NCBI RefSeq assembly: GCF_030684315.1
Contig: NC_081366.1
Coordinates: 76,911,723-76,975,722 of the forward strand
Length of the DNA stretch: 64,000 bases
Reading direction: 5' to 3'
Origin: Stegostoma tigrinum
Taxonomy: Eukaryota
Shown: piece by piece, positions 25,001 to 37,710 of the stretch
How the letters are laid out: the number at the start of each line of letters is the position of its first letter
Position numbering within the stretch: position 1 is the stretch's first letter
Translations under genes and position numbers: made by a program
Notes under the pieces: model-generated
Database searches by the model: none
Seen by the model: the letters and a program-made list of their open reading frames with translations, nothing else
What the model was told of the DNA's origin: nothing

Positions 25001-26070
25001 ATATCTGAGCTCTCTCTACATATTTGTTGCTGAATTTCCCTCTGATTACTGGGGGATATACAGTGCACTCACGTCATTTCTTTCTTGTTTCTAATATCTC
25101 TTCTAGTTACAGCAGTAATGTTTTCCTTTCTAAAAAATACCACTCCCTCTCATCTTTTATCTCCCTTTCTATCCTTCCTACAGTTTCTGAAACCCAGAAC
25201 ATTAGTATGGGCAAAAGATCTTGCAGGCAGTGTATAATGAAGGAAAATGTGAAATCATTCGCTTTGGCAGGAAGAATAAATAGTAGTAGAATATTCCGTA
25301 AATGATGAATGACTGCAGAATTCTAGGGTGCAGAAGGATTTACAGTTTATAAATAATGAGTTACCAAGTTAGTATGCGTGGAAATACCCATCAGTCCAAC
25401 AAGCCCATGTTCCAAAATAAATTAGTCCCATCTTCCTGTGTTTGGCCAATATCACTTCAAACCTTTCAAATTCATAGACTTATCAAAATATCTTTTAAAC
25501 ATTATAACTGTACCCACATCCACCACTTCCTCTGGCAGTTCATTCCACACGTTGAGCACTCTCTATGTTAAAAGATATGCTGTAGTGGTGACCAGGATTG
25601 AACAAAATACTCCAGGTGCGGCCTAACCCAAGTTTTATAAAGCTGCAACATGACATTCTGACTCTTATACTCAGTTCCGTGATCAATAAAGGCAAGCATG
25701 CCATACGCCTTCTCTCCCACCCGATCTATTTGTGTGGCCACTTTCAGGGAGCTGTGGACGAGGGACCCAAAATCCCGCCATATATCAATGATGTTCAGCA
25801 CCCTTCCATTAAACCTATACTTTTCTTTTAAGTTTAATCGCCCAAAGTGCAGTGCCTCACACTTTAAACTCAATCTACCATTTCTCTGCCCATACCTGTG
25901 ACTGATCTATAAAACGCTGTATCATTAACAACCTTCTACACTATCCACACCACCAATCCTGGTGTCATCTCCAAATTACTAACCTGCCCATCAACGTTTT
26001 CATCCAAGACATTTATATATATATCACAAACAACAGATGTCCCAGTACAGATACCTGCGGAACACCGCTA
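22070..26070 (-). mobile_element. Fragmented CR1 LINE(s) (endonuclease-RT) with an inserted Penelope terminus at about 23337-23820
   Basis: Encodes DVVYMDFSKAFDKV...GVPQGSVLGPLLFVI, KSPGPD..P..L and LQLYKTWVRPHLEY motifs. Confidence 0.8.
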
Positions 26071-26240
26071 ATCCTAGATAATCTAGTCATGACCACATCA
26101 TTGCTTTTGAGATCATACTGAGTACACAGTGGGCTGCTGCATTTCTTACATTGCAACAACAATACTTCAAAAGAGCCTTACTTACTCCAAAGGACGTTGT
26201 AATGGCCTACAGTGTTGACAAGTACGATATAATATCAAGA

Positions 26241-26371
26241 GACAACAAGGTGTAGGGCTGGATGAACTCAGCTGGTCAAGCAGCATCAGATGCCGCCTGG
26301 CCTGTTGTGTTCATCCAACTCTACACCTTGTTGTCTCAGGTTCTCCAGCATCTGCGGTTCCTACTTTCTCT
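26241..26371. mobile_element. Palindromic mini-Penelope insertion with 15-bp TSD
   Basis: Inverted arms; TSD gat[a/g]taatatcaaga at 26226-26240 and 26372-26386. Confidence 0.75.
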
Positions 26372-26637
26372 GATGTAATATCAAGACTTCCTTTGTCTCT
26401 AAAACTTTAAATAAATTTGGTGTTGAGTGTTACTGTAACAGTTCGGATTCACTTCCTGCTGAGTATTTTGGGAAAGAAACAAGTTTGATCAGCGGTCTTA
26501 TAAATAGCATTGATCTGAACATTGGAGGCATAATTGTAAATTGCATACTCTGTGATATACTTATAGATGCTTCCGTGCATGTTGAAATTTTTACCAGAAA
26601 TTACTGTTTTAAAATAACTAATTCCTTAATTTAAGCT

Positions 26638-26930
26638 TGGGCAGCGTGATGGCTCAATGGTTAGCACTGCTGCCTCACAGCACCAGGGATATGGGTTCGA
26701 TTTTATCCTCGAGTGACTGACTGTATGGAGTTTGCATGTTCTCCCCCTGTCTGCGTGGGTTTCGTCCGGGTGCTCTGGTTTCCTCCCACAGTCCAAACAT
26801 GTACAGGCTAGGTGGATTGGCCATAGAAAATGCAGGGATAGGCTGGTGGTCTAGTTGGGTTGTTCTTTGAGGGATCAGAGCGGACCTGATGGGTTTAATG
26901 GCCTTCTTCCATGCTTTAGGAATTCTATGA
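26638..26930 (+). mobile_element. V-SINE (HE1-like)
   Basis: gggcagcgtgatggctcaatggttagcactgctgcctcacag... Confidence 0.8.
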
Positions 26931-27889
26931 AATGCTAACATAAAGGAAAAAACAGATGAAAAGCCCCAGGATGTCCAGTTTAGGTGGGTTAGCCATGGGA
27001 AATGTGGGGATAATGTTGGGGTTTCGGTCTGGATGGGATGCTTTCCAGAGTGTCAGTGGGCTGAATGGCCTCTTTATGCACTGTGGGTATTCTATTCTAT
27101 TCTTAATGATGAGAAATGCAGAAGGGCATTTGCCACATCTTAATTCACTTACCTGAGAAATTCTAACTTCCCTCACATCACAATTTCCAGCTACCTCATA
27201 AATTGTTCTGAGATTTTTGGCTCCATGGCTGTACAGGAAGTCTATTCAACATGCCGATCGCTCAGATTGTAGCTGGTTCCACATTAGCACAGTAGTTGTG
27301 GATTAAATATGAGAAGGGCCTGATTATATACATTATGGAGGGAAATCTGGTCGAATCCTTTCTCGATGTTGGGGTCATCATGTTGCATTGTTCCAGAAGC
27401 AGCGACTGAAATTCTTATTTAACCGCAACAAGTTGCTCATTCCAGGGGATTATTGATTGTATTATTAGAAAATTTCAGGTCATTATCATTCAACATTCCA
27501 TCCTACAATCAACTTTGAGACTGTAACAACTCTTGATATGGAAGTCAGGGCAGTTATGTAGCAGCTCCAGCCCACTGCTTATTCCAAAACACCTCCATGT
27601 TTGATGCCAGTCACCACCATCTCAGCCACATCCTATGGGCGTTGGCCACATGAACCCCACATCCACAGAAATTGGCATCTGACATGTGCCAGCCTCATGT
27701 CAGATTTCCGATCAACTTGTGGAACACTTCTGCTCTTCAATGCTGAGCTGCAAGAAATTACAAGGAGTCATGGACAGACATCAGTCCATTGTGATAACCA
27801 TCTTTCCACCCATTGACTCCATTTACAGGTCCTACCGCCTCAGGAAAACAAACAGCATAATCTAAGGTCCCTCCCACCCCGTGTAGATG

Positions 27890-28165
27890 CCCTCCACCAT
27901 CTTGTCGGGCAGGAGATATAAAAGTTTGAATGCATGTTTGAATAGATTCAAGAACAACTTCTTCCTTGCTGTTATCAGGCTTTTGAACAGACCTCCCAAA
28001 TGTTAATGTTTATCTCTCTCTCTGCACCTTGTCTGAAGCTGTGACACTGTACTCTGCACTCTGTTCTGCTAACCTGCTGCAGATTGTGTGGTATGATCAG
28101 TCTGTGTAGCACACAAAGCAATACTTCTCACTGTATCTCGGTACATGTGACAATAATAAACCGAT
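27890..28165 (+). mobile_element. Rex1/Babar-type LINE 3' end
   Basis: tcgggcaggagatataaaagt...agattcaagaacaacttcttcc...atcaggcttttgaac (SGRRY.S...RFKN.F..IRLLN) followed by a gtgacaataataaa tail. Confidence 0.6.
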
Positions 28166-29422
28166 TAACCAAACAATCAACTTCAGGTTGCCCCAGTAAC
28201 TCTTACTGCGACACTGCAGCAAGAACACTGTGTGCTCAGGGACACACCTCCCAGCTTGGGGACTGCACTGGGCTGAATCGCCATCCAAGCTGTTTGCTGG
28301 CTCTCTCAGTGCTCACTCACTTTCAGTGTCCAAACTCTCCGTAAGGTGTGAGGAGCTGAATATCAGGCAGCCCTTGAGAGTGGAGTTTGTTCCTCCTGGA
28401 ATGAGAGAGAGGTAGGCAGCGTGGGAGATGGAAGTGAGCGGCACAGCTATTACTGTTGGTTCAGGTGAGGGGGTGTCCTGAGTGAGTGGGCAGTGCAGAA
28501 GGCAGAGAGCATTAGTGATATCAGGGTGGGCGAGGGCGAGTGTGGAGGATGTTGCAGGCGATAATGAGTATGCTGGTACAGTGTCTGGCTTTTGAGGATC
28601 ATGGAATCTAGTCCATTCCCAGGTATCTCGGCAGTGACGAATTGGCCCAGGGTATGGTGAGTGGTAGAACAGGGCTAGAATCAAACTAGAGGGATTGGCC
28701 TTACGGGCGAGGTGAGCAGTTATTGAGGGATGGTTTGGTCAGATGGGATGAGCGATGTTACGAGGCCTCATGGAGAGAAGCCTTCATTGAAAATCAGTAA
28801 AATATAGAAGATTCTTCAAGGGTCGGACAGGGTAAATGTTGAGAGGATGTCTCCCCCCCTCCCATCATATGAGAGTCTAGGAACATACTGCCAGAATGAA
28901 GGGGCACCAATTTAAGACTGACATGAGGAGGAATTTCTTCTCTCAGAGAGTTGTGAACCTTCGAAACTCCTTGCCACAGAGATAGATACATTCTTGATCT
29001 CCAGGGGAATCAAGTTACAGGAAAATCCAGGAAAGTGTTGTGAGGAAGGTCAGATCAGCCTTGATCCTATTGAATAGAGGAGAAGTCTCGAGGTGCTGAA
29101 TGGCCTACTCCTTATCTTATTTCTTATGGATTTATGGTCACAGCAATTTCCCACCAATAGCAATTTGGAATATTAATGTGTGGAATGGATATTGGCAAAG
29201 GCTGTTCTACATATGCCAGTGATCCTTCCTATCCACCTGAAAGGGGGAGCTAGTTCAGGCCTGCAGATTCCTAGTCCAGTAACCATGACTTAAATCAATG
29301 AATGTCTGGAGCTAATTTAACTATAATATGAATCCAAATTTCCATTTAAAAAAAATTGTTAAATGCTTTCGTTGGGTTCCTGGATGGTCAATTGGCCATC
29401 ATGTGGCTCAGAATAAAGCCAA

Positions 29423-29647
29423 AATCACACAGCACAAGGTTATAAGGGTCTAGGCCCGAAACGTCAGCTTTTGTGCTCCTGAGATGCTGTTTGGCCTGCT
29501 GTGTTCATCCAGCTTCACATTTTATTAACAAGGTTATAGTCCAACAGGTGTTTTTGAAAGTGGCACTCCTAAAGCTTATGACAATAATCTGGTGATATGT
29601 GACTTCTGACTTTGTCCACCCCAGTCCAACACCAGCATCTCCACATT
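29423..29647. mobile_element. Nested Penelope-terminus insertions from two families
   Basis: Outer TSD agaataaagccaa (29410-29422, 29648-29660). Inner element 29445-29527 with TSD acaaggttata (29434-29444, 29528-29538). Confidence 0.7.
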
Positions 29648-32144
29648 AGAATAAAGCCAACAGCACAAGAATCAATTCCTATTCAGGCTGAGTTACACTC
29701 TGAGCCTGTGTCCTCACTTATTCAAGAATAAGTCATAGACTGATGACCTTCAAATAATCAAGGATGATGGTAAAGAGGTGTTATTGCACGATTATCAAAC
29801 TGGCCATGATACTCCTAAATTGACGAAAGGTACGCTAAGCATTGTGAGTATGGACAACTAGTGTACGATTCTCAAATCATCATAGAATCCTTTCGGAGTA
29901 GGAGTAGGCCATGTAGCCCTTAAAGTTTGCACCGATCCTCTGAAGAGCTTCCCACCAGACCCACACTCTTACCCTATCCCTGTACCTGCATTTTCCATGT
30001 TAACCCACCCAGCCTGTACATCCCTGGACACTATGGGGCAATTGAACATGGCTAATCCACCCCAACCTGCACATCTTTGGACTGTGGGGGGCAACTGGAG
30101 CATGCGGGGGACTTTGAATACTGCAGCCATGTGTGAGGGAATAGTTTGGAGGATGAACCCTAGAATCAAGAATTTAATTAATACAGAAAGATGTGAATCA
30201 TTGGCTAACCAGCCATGGGAGATTGCAACTGAGAGGTGGTCTTAAGAATTTATCTGAAAGAAGTTTAGATGAAGAAAATGTTAATCAAGAACAATACACT
30301 AAATTAAACTGTGACAGCAGAATGCTGCTTGAAACTAGTGAAGGTAATTTTAGGTCAGAAATTGGGAAATTAGCATGTAAAATAAACTTCCAGATAGGAT
30401 TATGGGGGAATAAACCTTATTCTAATTAGGAGAAGTAGCTTGAGTTGAGGAATGCTGGAAGAAATAAGATGTGACCGATATCCTTCCTCATCTGTAATCA
30501 TCTTGCAAAATCCGATTTCCTCCCGCAGTCAAAAGTTGTGTAGGTTAGGTGGATTGGCCATGTTAAATTGTCCCATAGTGTGCAGTGATGTGCAGATTAG
30601 GGAGGTTAGCCATGGGAAATGCAAGTATAGGGATTGAGTAGGGAGGTAGGTCTTTGTGGGATGCTCTTTGAAGGATTGGTGATGACTCAATGAGCTGAAT
30701 GGCCTGCTATGGTACGTGTTCTATGGAGTCTATGATTTAAGATGTTTTGTTTTGTTAAATTTACTAATTAATTTCCCTAAATGTCGGCATTGTGACAGAT
30801 CTGAGTTGCGTTAAGGACCAAGAGAAAGGTTGCATCTCATCATGTTTCCAATAATCACCCTGGCTGCATTGAAAATCTAGACTTTGGAAGGTTGCTGCTT
30901 GATAAAGCTTATGATTTCTTCTCAGTGGTACTTGCTCAGAAATATACAGCACAGTCTTATGAAGGTGCTTCTATAATGAATATATTTTGAGTACTCATGT
31001 TTAAGAGATTGTCAAAACTGGTTCATTTGAAAAATTGAGGAAGTACTGATGTGTTTTGTTTTTAAAAAGGGCCAAAAAGGATACTTTGTACTTTATTTAG
31101 AAGACACATAATAGAAGTTTTGTGACTTAAGCTAACAGCTTGAATTTGTTTACTGGACAGCGCGTGCCTGGATAGTGTCGTAGAGTGGTTTTATTGTTAT
31201 CCCACACAACTGCTGCATAGCAGCACTGTTTTCTTTCCCCCAGAGCAACCATGTTGGGTGTGTGTAAGTATACGGACTCAGTGAGAACAAAAGATTTTTA
31301 TTCCATTTTTCCACCGCTAGGAAAACACCCGTGTGGCCGAGGAACCAGCAACAAGCAAAGATCGGTTAGGGCGATGCTGATGGGGGAAAAATATGAGGGG
31401 GAGAATCAGAGTCTCCTCAGTTCAGGGAACTGACTCTGAGCTGACTGGCTACAGCCAATGTATTGTGCACAAACAAGGATTGAGTCATAGATTTGAACAT
31501 CACGGAAACAGACCCTTCGGTTCAACTCGCCCATGCCAGCCAGATATCCGAAATTAATTCCACCCCATTTGCTAGCATTTGGCCCATATCCCTCTAAATC
31601 TTTCCTATCCATGTACCCCATGTATCCAGGAATTGTCAGGAGTTGTGGATATTTGAAACGGTTTGGAGCTCAGTTGATTGCTGAGAGAAGTCAATTGTAC
31701 TTCCGTCTTCTCAGAATCCAGAATGAGGGCAGCAAACAGAGATGGCATTTCGTCCGGGGACAGTTTTACAAAGACTTCCTTTTAGCACCTCCTGAATAAA
31801 CTGCATCTGAAGATATTCCAGGGAAAATGACACTTATTTAGTGACAACCATCTGTGTTTAGAGATTTATCTTAATGTATGATTGCCAGATGGAACCGTTC
31901 ATCCCTTTTCTATTCAACAATTAACAATTATCAAGCCAAAATTATTTCTGAAAGTTAATGTCTGCAAAGAAATCTCCATTTTAATTCTTTAACATGTCTG
32001 TATGATGTCATATGCAAAATTGTGTGTTATTGAGCTTTTGTTGAATAAATCCCATTTTATTTATGAATATCAACTGCTTTAGTTTTATTACAGAGACGTG
32101 ACTGGTGGTTCTGTATTGTGAAACAACTAAATTAGTGATATACA

Positions 32145-32825
32145 TGGGGTGCAAGTACTTAATTCTTTGAAGTTTGTGTTCACAGGGTGGCTAAAAAGAC
32201 ATTTGACACACTTGCCTTCATTGCTCAGTCGTTTGAGTATAGGAGTTAGGAAATCATGTTGAGGTTCTACAGGACATTGGTGAGGTCTTTCCTGCAATAC
32301 TGTGTCCTGTGTTGGTCGCCCAGTTGTAGGAAGGATATTATTAAGCTGGAGAGGGTTCAGAAGAGATTTACCAGGATGTTGCCAGGCGTGGAAGGTTTGA
32401 GGTATAAAGAAAGGTTGGACAGGATGGGGCTTTTTTCACTGGAGCGTAAGAGGTTGGGAAGTGACATTATAGAAGTTAATAAAATAATGAACGGTATAGA
32501 TTGGGGTGCCTTTTCCCTAGGATGTGGGTTTTCAAGCCTAGGGGCACATTTTTAAGGTGAGAGGGGAGAGATTTAAAAAAGACATGTGGGGTAATTTCTT
32601 TAAACAGAGGGTGGTTCGCATGTGGAATGAAGTTCCTGAGGAAGTGGTGGAATGGGGGTACAGTTACAATGTGTTAGAAGCATTTGGATAAGTACATGAA
32701 TAGGAAAGATTTGGAGAGATATGGGCCAGGAGCAAGCAGGTGGGACTAGTCTGATTTAGGATTATGGTCAGCATGGACTGGTTGGACCGAAGGGTCTGTT
32801 TCTGTGCTGTATATCTTTATGACTC
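32145..32825 (+). mobile_element. CR1 LINE 3' fragment
   Basis: Encodes LRFYRTLVRS.LQYCV.CWSP...LERVQKRFTRMLPG...LFSLE. Confidence 0.85.
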
Positions 32826-33311
32826 AATGTATATATAATTGGCCAAACTGATAAATAGGTAAAACATTTTTTATTGAATTATATGCTGTGACTAGTGGAA
32901 TGCTAAAGCTAGAGAAATACAGTGCCCTCCTCCCAACACACGACAACATACACATCAAAAAATCATTTCTCAATGTTCCCATCTGATACTATTTATATGA
33001 CTGTAGTTCATAGTTAGTATTTACCAAAATACTTAAGAGGAAATGAGACAAAATGGTTATATTTGCACAATGCCAAATTCATGCAAAGTTTCAAGAGACA
33101 AAATGTAGTTACCTTATGCAGTCTCTCAGACCATCACAAAGTCCTTTGAGGTTAATGTCATTCTTCTGATGTGTACTCACTGTTGTAACATAGTGCAGCA
33201 GCTAACTTGTGCACAGTAAGATCCCACAAACAGCAACGTGATAATGAACAATTGATGTTTATTAATACTAGTCAAGGACTTAATGAGAAATGGGGATAAT
33301 AGTTTTGCTAC

Positions 33312-33505
33312 AGAGATAGTAGGAATTGCTGATGCTGGAGAATCTGAGATAACAAGATTTGGAACTGGATGAACACAGCAGGCCAAGCAGCATCAGAGGA
33401 GCAGCAGGGCTGATGTTTCGGGTTGAGACTCTTCTTCAGAAATTTCTAAAGAAGGATCTCGACCCGAAACGTCAGCTTTGCTGCTCCTCTGATGCTGCTT
33501 GGCCT
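33312..33505. mobile_element. Palindromic mini-Penelope insertion with 12-bp TSD
   Basis: Inverted arms around degenerate hammerhead cores; TSD aatagttttgct (33298-33309, 33508-33519). Confidence 0.75.
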
Positions 33506-33914
33506 ACAATAGTTTTGCTGTTCTTATTACACATATGGTGCTCTGATGAAGCAGATAGTGCCTCAGCTTATTAACCCAGGTCGATAGATTTCTTCTCCCA
33601 TAACCTCAGATACTGAAGCAGTCCACCTCCAAATACAACCTGGTCTATATCCAGGCTTGGGCAGACAAATAGCAAGTAACATTCATGCCACACAAATGCC
33701 TGGCTATATCCCTCTCCAATAAGAGAGAATCTAACCATCACTGAATTCCCTCTTTCAACATTCTGGGACTTAATATTAACTAGCAACTGAACTGGACTCA
33801 CCATTTAGATAGGGTGGCTACAAGGGCAGGTGAGTAACGGTGTGTAATACAGCAGGGAGTACCTCCTGACTCCCCAAAACCTGTCCACAATCTGTAAGGA
33901 GTATGATGGAATAC

Positions 33915-34620
33915 TATGTTTCTAAAAGACTACCTCTCATTCTACTCAACTCCAGTGAATAATGTTCCAACCTGTTTAGCCTTTGCTCATAAGACAATCC
34001 CTCCATACTATTGATCATCCTCCTGAACCTTCTCTGTACTGCCCCTAAAGAAATGATCTCTTCCCTTAAATACTGGGGCGAAAACTGCTCACAGTACTCT
34101 AGGTGTGGTCTAACCAGCACCTTGTGCAGTTGCAGTAAGATTTCCCCACTCGTACACTCCAACTCCCTTGAAATAAGGGCCCACATTAGCCTTCCTGACT
34201 ACCTGCTGCACCTGTCTGCGAGATTTTTGTGTTTCATACACAATGTCCCCCGAGTCCCTCGTCTGTTGCAGCTTTCTGCAGTTTCATTCAATTTAAATAA
34301 TATTCTGTACTTTTGCTCTCCCTTCCAAAATGAAATAGTTCACATTATACTCCATTCGCCAACCTTTTGCCCACTTACATAACTTGTCTCTATCTCTCTC
34401 ACAATCTGCCTTTCCACCCGCTTTTTTGTCACCTGCAAATTTGGCTACAGTGCTTTCACTTCCTTCCTCCACGTCATTAATATAAATTGTAAGCAGTTGT
34501 GGGCCCAGCTCTCATCCCTGTGGAACCTGCAAAAGAACCCCTTAACCCCACTCGCTGTTTCCTGCTTATTCACCAAGTCTCTATCCATGCCAATACATTA
34601 CCTTCAACACCATGGGCTGT
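33915..34620 (-). mobile_element. CR1 LINE fragment
   Basis: Encodes LQLHKVLVRPHLEYCEQFSP. Confidence 0.75.
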
Positions 34621-35779
34621 GCGCCAGTCGCTGATGTGTATCATACATTACAACAATGACTGTATTCCAAACTGTTGCATTCACTTTAAAGGGAAGTACA
34701 AAGAACCTGAGATGGTGATGGTCTGGTGTAATTTCAAGACTTTCTTGTTCCTTAAATTTTTAAGCAGTTCGTATTGGATGGAACTATAACAGTTTCGACT
34801 CACTTCCTCTTAAGTCTTGGTGGAGTAATGAGCGTGGTCAGCAGTCTCGTGGTTCAAGCTGATTCCCAACTTTGGCTTCACCGTTGAGTGGGCTCCAGGC
34901 TATGACTCTTCACCAAATGTGAGGTCTCAAGGTCAGTCACTTTGACCTCACCTGTCTCCCTTTAGCCCTGATTGAATGAAGATTGCAATGAGCTCCAGAG
35001 CTGGGTGACTTTGCCAGACTTCAAATGGAGTTATTGGTGCACATATGACAGCGACAATGCTTTCCATCACTTGGTTGATGATTCAGAACAGACAGAAGGG
35101 GCAGTAATTGTCAAGATTGATTTGTTCTGATTTTTGTGAGTAGAAATCTTTGGGCATGCTCCTCACGTTGGTGTGGATGCTATAGGTGTCTGGGGAGCAG
35201 CTTGGCTGAGAGGACTGTTCATTCTAGAACATACCTTCGATACTCCAGCCAGGGCATTTCCACAGCCTGCGGCCATATTCATTGCCTTCAGCTACTACTT
35301 GACATCGCTATCAAATTGGCTGCAGATTGACGCTGGAGATCTCAGGATGAGGACGAGGGGGATCATTCCAGTCAGCGCTTTCGGTCAAAGATGATTGCAT
35401 ACGCTGCAGTTTGAGGATGATGCTAAGTCACGGAATTCCCTCTAGTCATGACTTGTTTAATTGTCCACCACCATTCCCAACTGAACGTGAAAGAATTACA
35501 GAGCTTCAACTGAATGCACTGGTATCGGAATTCCTTGGTTCTTTCTACTTTCTCTGTTCGTCAGTCATGGAGACGTGCATTGCAGTTAACACCTCATCTT
35601 TAGGAATGCCACAGTCTGCTTCTGACATACTCCGCTAAACTACTCATTAAACCAGGGTGGATCGCCTGGCTTGATGATAATGATAATGAGATTATGCAGT
35701 CCAGAAGGTTACTGATTACCATCAAATATAATTCTGCTGCAGTTGCTGATGGCACACAATGCCTTGGGGATGACCAGTT

Positions 35780-36570
35780 TGAACAAAGAACAACACAACT
35801 GAGGAACAGGCCCTCTGGCCCTACAAGTCTGCACTGACATATTTCTCCCTTCCATGTTAAAACTGTCTTCACTTACAGCATCCAAATCCCTCAATTCCCT
35901 TCCTCCTCATGTATTTGTCAGGTGCTTCTGGAACCCTGCTTCCACCATCTCCTCCAGCAGCATGTTCCAGGCACTCGCCACCCTTTGGGTGAAAATCATG
36001 CCTCGAGTATTTCTTTTAGACTTACCCCCTCACACCTTGAACCTGTGTCCCCCAGTAGTTGACCCTTCCACCCTGGGAAAAAGCCTCACACTTCCCTCTC
36101 TATCTGTGCCATTCACAATGTTATAAACCTCTGTCAGGTCCCCCCTCAACCTCCTGCGTTCCAGGGAAAACATACCCAGATTATCCAATCTTTCTTCACA
36201 GCTAAAATCCCCCACTCCAGGCAAAGTCCTGGTAAACCTCTACTGTACCGTTTCCAGAGTATCCATGTCTTTCTGGTTGTGTGGTGACCAGAACTGTATG
36301 TAGTATTCCAAGTGTGGCCTAACTGAAGTTCTGTAATGCCACAGCATTACTTGCCTATCCTTATACTGAATGCCCCCTTTCAATGAAGGCAAGCATGTCA
36401 TAGTTCTTTTTTATTCCTCTGTCTACCTGTAGTGCCACCTTCAGTGATCTGTGGACCCTCACACCCCGATCCCTCTCCATATCAATACTCCTGAGGGTTG
36501 TGCTATATCACTGTATAATTTCCACCTGTACTTGACCTTCCACGATCACCTCACATTTGTCCGGATTGGA
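35780..36570 (-). mobile_element. CR1 LINE 3' fragment
   Basis: Encodes ERLDNLGMFSLERRRLRGDLTEVY...GHRFKV. Confidence 0.8.
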
Positions 36571-37109
36571 ATCGTCCAATTTTCAATCCATTCCCTTCAG
36601 TACTGCAGTAGTGCCATACAACAGGATGGAGTGTGTCCTTATTGACAGAATCGGACTTTATCTCCACAGGGACCAAAGGATGATTGCTCCTAACATTCCT
36701 GTCAAGCATGGATGCATCATTGGCAGATAGATTGGCGACAATGGTCAGATTTAGGATCTCCCCTGTGTTCCCTGTCTCACCAATATCTCAAGAAGACGGT
36801 GGGGTAGGGCTCCTGAGCTTGGGACTCAACTGCTCAGTCTGCTTTTCTTTCTATTACAGGGATAGTAGGAACTGCCGATGCTGGAGAATCTGAGATAACA
36901 AGGTGCAGAGCTAGAGGAACACAGCAGGACAAGCAGCATCAGAGGAGCAGGAAAGCTGATGTTTCAGGTCAAGAACCTTCTTCACCGTTATCTCTGCTTT
37001 TCTTTTTGTTTCTTTTCTCTTTTTTGGCCTCTTTTATTTCTCTTTTCTTTCACTTACTTCCTGTGAAGACACCAGACGGCATCAGCAGCAGCAGGTAGTC
37101 CTGGGTTGG

Positions 37110-37710
37110 AGGGGTGTGAGCCTGGTGCAGGGGGAGAGAGTGAGCCTGGTGCAGGGGGAGAAAGTGGGCCCAGTGCAAGGGGAGAGAGTGGGCCTTGTGC
37201 AAGGGGAGAGAGTGGGCCTGGTGCCAAGGGAGAGCGTGAGCATAGTACGGGGAGGGGGGGAGAGGGTGGGCCCGGTGCTGGGGGCGAGTGAGCCCAGGGC
37301 GGGTGAAGAGTGAGACCGGTGCAGGGGGAGAGAGTGAGCCCAGTGCGGGGGTGGAAGAGTGAGCCCAGTGCAGGGGGAGAGCGAGCCCAGTACGGTGTTG
37401 GGGGGGAGAGTGAGCACAGTACAGAGGGGGAGAGTGAGCCCAGTGCAGGAGGGGGAGTGAGACCAGTGCAGAGGGAGAGCAAGCCCAGTAGGGGGTGGGG
37501 GGGAGAGTGAGCATAGTACAGGGGGAGAGAGTGAGCCCAGTGTGGGGCCAGGGCGTGGGGGGAGAGTCAGCAAGCCCAGTTGGGGGGGGGGGGTGTTGGA
37601 GAGCGAGCCCAGTGCAGGGCGGAGGGGAGATTGAGCCCAGTACAGTGGGGGGGAGAGCGAGCCTGGTGCAGGATCGGGGGAGAGTGAGCCCAGTGGAGGG
37701 GGGAGAGTGA
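37110..37710. repeat. G-rich degenerate minisatellite, about 24-bp unit (gagtgagcccagtgcagggggaga)
   Basis: Recurrent gagcccagt/ggggggagag units. Confidence 0.9.
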
